Position numbers and translations under genes: made by a program
Origin: Myxococcales bacterium
GTDB lineage: Bacteria > Myxococcota_C > UBA6777
Direction: 5' to 3'
DNA: 64,000 nt
Assembly: GCA_020632975.1 (NCBI GenBank)
Contig: JACKEL010000004.1
Location: 271,963-335,962, forward strand
Shown: one piece after another, positions 10,049-17,808 of the stretch
Layout: every line of letters begins with the position of its first letter
Position numbering within the stretch: position 1 is the stretch's first letter
The notes under the pieces: model-generated
Database searches by the model: none
What the model saw: the letters and a program-made list of their open reading frames with translations, nothing else
What the model was told of the DNA's origin: nothing

Positions 10049-11308
10049 TCAGTCACAAGTGAAGAGACAAGCTGTACGGGCGCCCAAGGAACAGGCTCGA
10101 CGCTTAAATGCCCTTGCTTTGGGGCAGTTGTGTTTGAGGCCGCGGCCTTGCTCGTACATATCTCCTAGAACAGAGCAACTTTTGGCATTGCGTTTGGCGC
10201 ACGCTCGCAACAGTGCGGTGTTGCGAAGCTTCTTTTCTGGGGCCGAGATCACGGGGGTATCGAGGAGTTGGGCGAGGGCCAAACAACCATCTCCTGAACC
10301 TAGACGACACGAACGTTGTAGGAGCTTGCGATACGCCATCTTGTGCTTTTTGCTGGGGTATTTGGGGCGTGTTTCTCTGGCAAGCAGGTAACAGGAAGGT
10401 CCGTGGTAAAAGTGGCAAGCACGTTGAAGTTTGGGCACATGGTAATTCTTTTTTCGGATCTCGGGGACACGCAAAGCCACTTGTGCTTGGGCATAACAGC
10501 CCGCAGCATTGTTGAGTTGACATGCCCGTCCATACAGCGCAAGAGCGCGATCTAGATCTGTGACCATGTTCCAATCGCCTTGGATGACACGGCCCAAACG
10601 ATAACACGCTAGACCCAAGCCTTTGTCACACGACAGTTTGTAATAAGAGATCGAAGTGCGCTTCTGATTTTTGTAGATGACACCGTGCTCATAGAGCCAA
10701 GCCAACGCATAACAACCATGACGATCCTTTTGCTCGCAAGCTGAGATCGCCGCCTCTTGGGCTTTTTTGTAATAGGCTCCCGCAAGTCTTCTGTTGCCTG
10801 TGTAAAAGATGGACTCTCGCAGGTAACGCGCATGGCGAAGGCAAGCCCGGGCAAAGCCTTCGTCACAAGAACGCGTGAAGTAGGTTTGGGCTTGTTGGAG
10901 TTCTTTGACACTGAACAGTGGATCGTTGTGTAGGTTGTAACTCAAGAAACGACCGAGATAAAAGCATCCAAGTGGGTCTTTTTGTTCGCAGGCTCTGCGA
11001 TAATAACCAAGCGCTGCGTCCATATCGCGCTTTAATTCGATGCCCAACTCGTACTTTTTTCCGAGCTGTTGGCAGATCTTGGCGATGCCTTTTTCACATT
11101 GGCGGATGCTGAGTTGGAGAGGCGTCAAACCACTCAAGTCTTCTTCTGGGGGCGGTGGTGTGCGTTTCACTTGTTGTTGCGTGGTAAAGCAACCCACGAG
11201 AGGCTGAAACAATGACAGGGAGAGCAGAAGCAAAAGTCGGATGCGTCGCATCTTGTTTGGCCTTTGTTTGGGGGATGGGCTGCTTGTTTGGGGAGGGACG
11301 AAGTGCAA
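10049..11308 (-). CDS. Sel1-like repeat (SLR) lipoprotein
   Basis: Signal/lipobox LLLLSLSLFQPLVGC. More than 8 repeats of the GxxY/L...A...A...G Sel1 pattern, with paired cysteines as in Helicobacter Hcp proteins. Confidence 0.8.
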   Translation of the reverse strand: MHFVPPQTSSPSPKQRPNKMRRIRLLLLLSLSLFQPLVGCFTTQQQVKRTPPPPEEDLSGLTPLQLSIRQCEKGIAKICQQLGKKYELGIELKRDMDAALGYYRRACEQKDPLGCFYLGRFLSYNLHNDPLFSVKELQQAQTYFTRSCDEGFARACLRHARYLRESIFYTGNRRLAGAYYKKAQEAAISACEQKDRHGCYALAWLYEHGVIYKNQKRTSISYYKLSCDKGLGLACYRLGRVIQGDWNMVTDLDRALALYGRACQLNNAAGCYAQAQVALRVPEIRKKNYHVPKLQRACHFYHGPSCYLLARETRPKYPSKKHKMAYRKLLQRSCRLGSGDGCLALAQLLDTPVISAPEKKLRNTALLRACAKRNAKSCSVLGDMYEQGRGLKHNCPKARAFKRRACSLGARTACLFTCD

Positions 11309-11477
11309 GACATGCCCGTGGTTCCAAGGTTCTTTTTAGCCGATTGCATAGCCCAAAAGCAAGCCACGCAGGTTTTTTCTTGGTACAGGGGCAGGTTGGG
11401 GCGGGCACGGAGGATGGAAGATTGGCCTGCGCGGGTTGAAAGGATTCCTCTGTATTGGGGGCGACCCTTTATGGTCG

Positions 11478-11547
11478 CCTGAATCTACCCTGAATCCCCC
11501 TGGAATCTGGGGTGACCCTCCGCGCCCGCCCGAATCGATCTTGAATT
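11478..11547. promoter_or_regulatory. Helically phased direct repeats CCTGAATC, CCTGAATC, CCTGGAATC (10-11 bp spacing), plus CCCGAATC and CTTGAATT, upstream of the Sel1-repeat gene
   Basis: Seen in the sequence. A GGCGACC-ctttat-GGTCGCC hairpin at 11464-11483 precedes them. Confidence 0.3.
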
Positions 11548-14500
11548 AGACCCGAGTACGGTAGACGCTGTGGATCTCTTGGAGATGGAGAGGGAGAAGG
11601 ACGCTGTCTTCGATGGGTTGTTTGTTTTCGATCAAAGCTTCGTTGCGTGCGAGGAGTTGTTTGATCTCTTCGCGTGTGTACTCGTTGTGTGCTTTGCTGA
11701 ATTGCGTGAATTGCAAGCGGATAAGCTGGGTATTTTCACGCAAAGCATCGCAAAGGGGCTGAAGACCTGCTTGACCGATATCGTTGTGTAAGAGATCCAA
11801 GCTGCGCAGTGTACGATTTTTTTGTAAGAGTTTGGCGATGATCTTGGCGCCTTCGTCTCCAAGGAAGTTTCCAGCCTCGCCGACAGCACCTGTTCCGCGC
11901 ATATATCCGAGATCTAGGAACAACAGAGTTGGATGTTCTGCGAGTGCTTCGACAAGGATCTCTGCGGCTTTTGGGGTCAGTCGGTTGGAGGCCAAGCTCA
12001 AGCGTTCAAGCGACGTATTAGAGGCCAAAGCAGGAGCCAACAAGCGTACACCTTCGTCGCCGAGGCGGTTGCACGAGAGGAAGAGAGTACGCAAGGGCGG
12101 TCCTTGTTCCAAGCAACGTGCGATGATGGGAGCTGACTTGGGCGTCAAAGCGTTGGCGTCTAGGTAGAGGTGACGCAAGCTGCGGTTGGCGCACCAACCC
12201 TCTTCGAGGTTTTGGATACCTTCGTCAAAGACCGCACAGTTCAACAGGTCGAGTACTTCGAGATGTTGATGTTGTTTGAGCAGGTTAGAAAGCGGTATCA
12301 TCCCTTCAGGGCGCAGCGGGTTTCGTTTGAGCCACAGATGACGGACTTGGGGGTCTTCTGCGATGGCTTCGGTCACAGCTTGCAAACCCTCTGCGGTGAT
12401 CTCGTTTCCTGCGATGTACCAACAGTCGAGTTGAGAGCGACCACTGCGGATATACTCGGCGATTTGGCGCGCTCCGCCATCGCCCACGATGTTGTTTCCT
12501 AGCAACAAGCGTTTTACGCGTGAGCTGTGCTGCATCGCACCAAGCAAAGGACCGATCCCTTCGGGTCCAACGACTTGTTTGCATAGGTCGAGGCGTCCAT
12601 CAGGCAACAAGGTTCCACGGGTGAATTGAAGCATCTCAGCGACAGGGCTGTCGTTGTTGAGCCAGTCAAGCAAGGGTTCCAACTCTTCGTTTGCGCAAGG
12701 CAAGACGGGTTCTGGCGCAGGGTGCAAGATGGGCGCAGGGATGGGCTCTTGCTCAGGGTTGGTACGTGAACGGCTTTGTTCGTAAAGTTGTTTGATGCGC
12801 TCGTTGCGTTGGCGATCTGCGAAGTCCAGCATCAGGTGGTCGAGGGCTTTTCGCAGATCGCGGACAGTGTGGCGATACTCCATGTAGCGGTAGCCTTTGG
12901 CTTTTTTGAGACCTTCTGGGGTCCAAGGCTGGCTCATCGAGTCTTCTGTTGGCAAGGGCAACAAAGCCAAAGCGATATCGCAAGCGAGATGGCAGAGTTT
13001 GTCCACGGCGCTTCTGCGTTTGGGGGCGTAGTGCGCGCAGTCGCTGGGCCAAGTCAGGCTTTCGAGTGTGTGAGGATCGCTTTCGTCGATGGAGAGATTT
13101 TGTTCTAGGATCTCTTTGTCTTCAGTGAGTTGCTTGGCATAGAGCGTCACGAGATGTTGATGCAAAGCCTGCAAAGGCTCTACCCAAGGATGGATGCCTT
13201 CGGATGTGCCCTGTTCTTCGAGTGCGACGCGCGTTTGCGCAGCTTCAAAAGCGAGGTCATTCATCCATGACCAGCCCAGTTCGTAGGGCAACATGCGGAA
13301 AGCTTCTTGAAGGGCCGATTCTTCGGGCTGTTGGGTTTCTTGCGCATAGAGCCACAAAGCCACCAGATAACGATACGCGGGATCTCTGCTTTCGTGATGT
13401 TGTTCCAAGTGGCGTGCGATGGCAAACACATCGTCAGCGCTAAGGTTTGCAGGGAGTGAGGACGCCAAGCCCTGTTGCAATGCTTGGTGATAAGCTGCGA
13501 CTTCTGGGGTGGTTTCTGCCAACTGAGGCCAGGATGTTTCCCAAGCGCTTGAGGGAGTGGGCAAGATCTGAAACTTTTGTAAGAAGATCTTGATGTCCTC
13601 TAAAGGCCAACGGTCGGGGACAAAGTGCCCACCACTATGTTGGACGATGACAGGATCTTGGAAGCACTCGGCCAAGGCGAGCGTGCGTTCTGGGTCCACC
13701 AAGATGTCATTCGCCCCAACGATGTGGAGTGAGGGCAGTGCGATCGAGTGTGGTTGGAGCAAGCCTTGGTGCGCTTGGGCACGCGAAGGAAAGCCTGAGA
13801 TACAGATCACAAAGCGCATCGACAAGCCAAGTTGTTCTGCCATGGCCGCAGCAAGGCCCGTGAAGGCACCCCCTTGGCTAAAGCCGAGGATGCCATCAAA
13901 AGGCCCGTAAAGTTCGTCCATCTGCTTGATATAAGCGAAGGAAAGCTCGACGCCTTCGTACACGCTGTTGTCTTCGTCCGCATTCCACCAGCAGCGTTGG
14001 TGCTCTGTGTCTTGGAGTCGACCGAAAGCTGCGAGCACAGCGTTTCGCACTTCGCCTTTTGGATTGTAGGGAAGGGGTGCGTTGGCGTAGATGATCTCTG
14101 CGGTGCCTTCGAGGGCGCGGCGGAGTTTGCGGGTTCGTGCGCGCATGATGCGGGCATTTTGGCGGAAGCTATGCAACACAAGAAGCTTGAGTGGTGTTGC
14201 TTCTTGGCCGTTGCTTGGGCTTTTCGACGCTTGAGGGAGCAACACATCAGGCTGCTTTGTTAGCACATCTTCTTGCACCTGTTGTTTGTCAGGCTGCGAT
14301 AGATTCGCAGGATTCGAGGGTTCCGAAGTGGACTCGGAGGTCTGCTGTTTGTCTTGTGTTTGTACTGAGCGCATAAATCCATACCTCTTGGTTTCTAAGA
14401 ACGCGGTTTCTTCGGGCGTGGTTGTGCGTCCCAAAAGTGCGTTGCGATAAGGATAACGACCAAATGCTTCTAAGATCTCGACATGTTGTTGGCCCGCCCG

Positions 14501-15061
14501 CAGCATCCGCTTAAATCGTTTGCGTTGGGCGGGAGGACTGTCTTCGACAAGGCGGGTCTTGTAAGCCACGGCTTGTCGCACCATCTCGATATCTTCGGCG
14601 TGTTCAAGGGCAAAGTAGAAAAAGACCCGTTCTGCAGGGGCGACGTGCTGGTCCATCTCGTGGTGGATGGCGTACAACGCGATCTCTTGGGCGATATCGT
14701 CGTATTGAAACATTGCTGCGTGACCACGGTGGATATGTCGTGGAAACTGATCCAACAACAGCACCAATGCGAGACAGCCGTGTGCGGTGTGTCGCAGAGC
14801 ATCCAGTTTGCTTTGGGCTGCGGCTTCGACGAGGGGTTGAAAACGCGACTGGATCTCGGCGTCGATCGCGGGACCTGCACGGAACCAAAGCTCTGAAGGT
14901 GGTGTGTAATCGTGTGCTTGCGGATCGCTTTGTTCGCCAAACCAAAAACGAAGGACTTGGTCGGCGTCTTTGCCCAGTTGGCCTGTGGGGAGGGTTCGTC
15001 CAAAGAGGTATGTTTGTTTTGGTATGGAAGGCTCCTTGGGTGATGTTTCTGAAGCAGTCAT
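11546..15061 (-). CDS. Multidomain protein: N-terminal DUF924-like domain, FSH1-type serine hydrolase domain, central unknown region, and C-terminal RNI-like leucine-rich repeats
   Basis: DUF924-like LLLDQFPRHIHRG block. FSH1 LVLHSFRQNARI with GFSQGG nucleophile elbow. More than 10 ~28-aa LRRs of ribonuclease-inhibitor type (LxxLxLxxNxIGDEGxxxLAxAL). Confidence 0.7.
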   Translation of the reverse strand: MTASETSPKEPSIPKQTYLFGRTLPTGQLGKDADQVLRFWFGEQSDPQAHDYTPPSELWFRAGPAIDAEIQSRFQPLVEAAAQSKLDALRHTAHGCLALVLLLDQFPRHIHRGHAAMFQYDDIAQEIALYAIHHEMDQHVAPAERVFFYFALEHAEDIEMVRQAVAYKTRLVEDSPPAQRKRFKRMLRAGQQHVEILEAFGRYPYRNALLGRTTTPEETAFLETKRYGFMRSVQTQDKQQTSESTSEPSNPANLSQPDKQQVQEDVLTKQPDVLLPQASKSPSNGQEATPLKLLVLHSFRQNARIMRARTRKLRRALEGTAEIIYANAPLPYNPKGEVRNAVLAAFGRLQDTEHQRCWWNADEDNSVYEGVELSFAYIKQMDELYGPFDGILGFSQGGAFTGLAAAMAEQLGLSMRFVICISGFPSRAQAHQGLLQPHSIALPSLHIVGANDILVDPERTLALAECFQDPVIVQHSGGHFVPDRWPLEDIKIFLQKFQILPTPSSAWETSWPQLAETTPEVAAYHQALQQGLASSLPANLSADDVFAIARHLEQHHESRDPAYRYLVALWLYAQETQQPEESALQEAFRMLPYELGWSWMNDLAFEAAQTRVALEEQGTSEGIHPWVEPLQALHQHLVTLYAKQLTEDKEILEQNLSIDESDPHTLESLTWPSDCAHYAPKRRSAVDKLCHLACDIALALLPLPTEDSMSQPWTPEGLKKAKGYRYMEYRHTVRDLRKALDHLMLDFADRQRNERIKQLYEQSRSRTNPEQEPIPAPILHPAPEPVLPCANEELEPLLDWLNNDSPVAEMLQFTRGTLLPDGRLDLCKQVVGPEGIGPLLGAMQHSSRVKRLLLGNNIVGDGGARQIAEYIRSGRSQLDCWYIAGNEITAEGLQAVTEAIAEDPQVRHLWLKRNPLRPEGMIPLSNLLKQHQHLEVLDLLNCAVFDEGIQNLEEGWCANRSLRHLYLDANALTPKSAPIIARCLEQGPPLRTLFLSCNRLGDEGVRLLAPALASNTSLERLSLASNRLTPKAAEILVEALAEHPTLLFLDLGYMRGTGAVGEAGNFLGDEGAKIIAKLLQKNRTLRSLDLLHNDIGQAGLQPLCDALRENTQLIRLQFTQFSKAHNEYTREEIKQLLARNEALIENKQPIEDSVLLPLHLQEIHSVYRTRV

Positions 15062-15254
15062 GGGTGCTGCTCCCTATTCTGAAGTGGTGGCTTGTTGGGC
15101 CTTCATCGCCTTGAAGGTGGGGATCGAAGGTTGTAGATACGAAAACATCTTCTTTGCTCCTTTGCAAGTTCTATCCTGCTTACGGAGTGTGTTCTCGTTC
15201 GGTTCGATGCGACTTTTTCTTTGGGATGGATGTTGTTTCTTGAGAGGCGTGGGA

Positions 15255-17606
15255 TCAGGGTTTGGGGAGGTTCTTGATCGCGTTGGTGACGATCTGGGGG
15301 GTAAGGATCTGGGGAAGGACGCGGAAAGAACCGTCTTTTCCATTAAAGAGGACGTAGAGTGGGACACCACTGCGCTTGAATTGTTCGAGGGTTTGGGTGA
15401 TCTCTTTGTTTCCATCGGTCCAGTCGCCAACGACGTAATGCACGCCGCGTTCTTGGAGGGCTTTGCGCACATCGTCGCTGCGAAGGGCAAGGCGTTCATT
15501 GGCTTTACAAGTGATGCACCAGTCTGCCGTGAAGTTCAGGAATATATTGGCTTTTTGCTTGAGGAGCCCCTCGAGTTTCTTTCGTGTGAAGGCCGTTTTT
15601 TTGAGGGTCTTGGAAGGTGTCTTGGCCCGTTTTGTGGTGGTACGAGGGGCGTTTGCTGCGGAGGCACGGCCTTCTTGGAAGGCTTCTTGAAGTGCGGTGC
15701 GTTGGGCATCTCTGTGATCGATTTGGGCTTGGTATTGGTTGGGGATGCCCCACACAAGGGTACACAAGACGATCACGACAGCGGCGCGACCTGCCCAACG
15801 GCGTTTGTTGCTACCAAAAGCCGTGATGTGTAAAAGCCATCCAGAAAAGGCGACCAGAAGGGCGCAGACGAGCGTGATCAAGATGCCTCGTGGCCCAGCG
15901 ATGGAGGTGAGGACCCACGCCAACCAGATCGCCGCGCCATAAAGCGGGAAAGCCATGATCTGTTTGAAGGTTTCCATCCAAGCACCTGGGCGCGGCAAGA
16001 TGCGCAGTGTGGAAGGATTCAACGAAAGAAGCAGGTAGGGAAAGGACATCCCCAAGCCCAACATCGCGAAGATCAAAAGCCCGACCCAAGGGGGTTGCAG
16101 AAGCGCGAAAGCGATCGCGCCTCCCATAAATGGCGCGGTACATGGCGTGGCGACGATCGTTGCGAGGAAGCCCGAGAAGAAAGAGCCCATGTATCCGCCT
16201 TGATCGGCGAGCTGGCTTCCTACATTCATCAGAGAGTTCCCCACCTCAAAAAGTCCTGAGAGGCTGAGTCCCATCCCAAAAAACAGCAAGATCAAAGGCA
16301 AGAGCACCGCTGCGGATTGAAGCTGATAACCCCATCCCAAGGAGCTTTCGAGGCCGACGAGCTTTTGGAGGGCGGGGATACGTAGCAGAAACAAGATCCC
16401 TGAAAGGCCCAAGAAGGAAAGCAAGACACCTGCTGTAAAAGCCCATCCATGGCGCTTTACGACTTGAGGCTGGGACTTGGCTTGCTCGACAAAGTGCAGA
16501 AGCTTGATCGAGAGCACGGGAAAAACGCAAGGCATCAAGTTGAGTAACATCCCGCCAAGGAAGGCAAACAAAAGCGCGAACCACACGGATTGAAGGGCTT
16601 CTTGATCCTTTCCTCCTTTGGCGAGCAGGCGATCCAGGCTGCTTCCTTGGGGCGAGGATGTGGGCGGCTTTGGCGACTTGGTCGTTGCGATCTTTGCGAT
16701 GGATGCGGAGGTTGGGCGGCTTGTGGCTTTGGCAAGAGGGACACTCGTTTGCGCACTTACCTCGTAACTGAGAAGTGGCTTGTTGGGTTCTCTTGAGACG
16801 ATCAGACCGCGTAGTTTGGTGCGTTCGGGCGTGTGATACTCGTTCTTTTCAACAGCGATGCGCAAGGTCTTGCCATGCCATGTTATCTTTTGTGGCGCAG
16901 CGTTGGAGATGATCGAGTGATCGATGGGATAAAAGGCGAGGTTTTTTCTGTTCGCAAAAGCGCTAGGAAGATCGGTGAGATCGATTTGGACATCATCTTC
17001 GCCGATGCGAAGGACGCCCTTGGTTTGGGGCCATGCGATGGGGGTTTGTGCGCGGGTTGTTGCGAAAAGTGCCTTTTGTGCGAGATGTTGGCTGGTGGGG
17101 GCAGAGGTTGGTGTCCCTGTGCTTTGTACGGGCAAAGTTAGAGACAGCGATCCGCTTCCTTTGATGCACTCTTCTTTGCACACCAGCCATGTCAAATCGA
17201 CGGATAATTGGACTTGTTTGGCTTTCAGATCTTTGGGAGGAGTGATCTTGATAGGAAGCAACACGCGTTCTTCATAGCCGAAGTTGGCGAGGATGCGAAC
17301 GCGGATCAGCTTGGGGGTGGGCCATTGAATCGACCCTGCTTGAAAGCCCGAAGGTAGCTTCCATGTGAGTTTGGGAGGGACGCCAGAGTCCCCAGCATTA
17401 CGCCAGTAAGTATGCCAGTGTTCCTCGAGATCTTGTTGGATGCCGACCCAGAAAGGCTCACCCGGTCGGATGGTTGGGGTTTCACTGATCAAAGAAAGTT
17501 GGATATGTGGGGCTTTGAGAGGGGCGGCGGAGGCATGGAGGATTGGTTGGGAAAAGAGCCACAAGCCCAAGACACCACAAGCGAAGAATCGCAAGATTCG
17601 AGTCAT
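15255..17606 (-). CDS. dsbD: Thiol:disulfide interchange protein DsbD (protein-disulfide reductase)
   Basis: N-terminal DsbD-alpha-like domain after a signal peptide, central multi-TM CcdA-like core, and C-terminal thioredoxin domain with WCITCK (CxxC). Start assigned to the internal ATG (MTRILRFF, signal-like) rather than the ORF-track 17705. Confidence 0.85.
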   Translation of the reverse strand: MTRILRFFACGVLGLWLFSQPILHASAAPLKAPHIQLSLISETPTIRPGEPFWVGIQQDLEEHWHTYWRNAGDSGVPPKLTWKLPSGFQAGSIQWPTPKLIRVRILANFGYEERVLLPIKITPPKDLKAKQVQLSVDLTWLVCKEECIKGSGSLSLTLPVQSTGTPTSAPTSQHLAQKALFATTRAQTPIAWPQTKGVLRIGEDDVQIDLTDLPSAFANRKNLAFYPIDHSIISNAAPQKITWHGKTLRIAVEKNEYHTPERTKLRGLIVSREPNKPLLSYEVSAQTSVPLAKATSRPTSASIAKIATTKSPKPPTSSPQGSSLDRLLAKGGKDQEALQSVWFALLFAFLGGMLLNLMPCVFPVLSIKLLHFVEQAKSQPQVVKRHGWAFTAGVLLSFLGLSGILFLLRIPALQKLVGLESSLGWGYQLQSAAVLLPLILLFFGMGLSLSGLFEVGNSLMNVGSQLADQGGYMGSFFSGFLATIVATPCTAPFMGGAIAFALLQPPWVGLLIFAMLGLGMSFPYLLLSLNPSTLRILPRPGAWMETFKQIMAFPLYGAAIWLAWVLTSIAGPRGILITLVCALLVAFSGWLLHITAFGSNKRRWAGRAAVVIVLCTLVWGIPNQYQAQIDHRDAQRTALQEAFQEGRASAANAPRTTTKRAKTPSKTLKKTAFTRKKLEGLLKQKANIFLNFTADWCITCKANERLALRSDDVRKALQERGVHYVVGDWTDGNKEITQTLEQFKRSGVPLYVLFNGKDGSFRVLPQILTPQIVTNAIKNLPKP

Positions 17607-17808
17607 CAAAAAGATCTCCCTTGTCGATATTAAGAAAGAGGATGCTTTCTTGGAGAGAACACCTGTTGCTTGCGTTGGATTCCCAAGTGACAGAGAAGGT
17701 TGCATTCGGCCGAAAAGAAAGCCCTTGCAGGCGAGTGGGAATTGGTGTCATCTCATAGAGATACGCGCTGTTACCAAGCGTCAAAAGAGAAGCATGGAGG
17801 AAGAAAAG

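Noticed and set aside
17440-17705. Apparent 266-bp antisense overlap between dsbD and the vWA/MopE gene in the ORF track
   Set aside because: Both ORFs have better internal starts with signal peptides (dsbD at 17606, and 17809 for the plus-strand gene with a GGAGG RBS). The overlap is an ORF-extension artefact.
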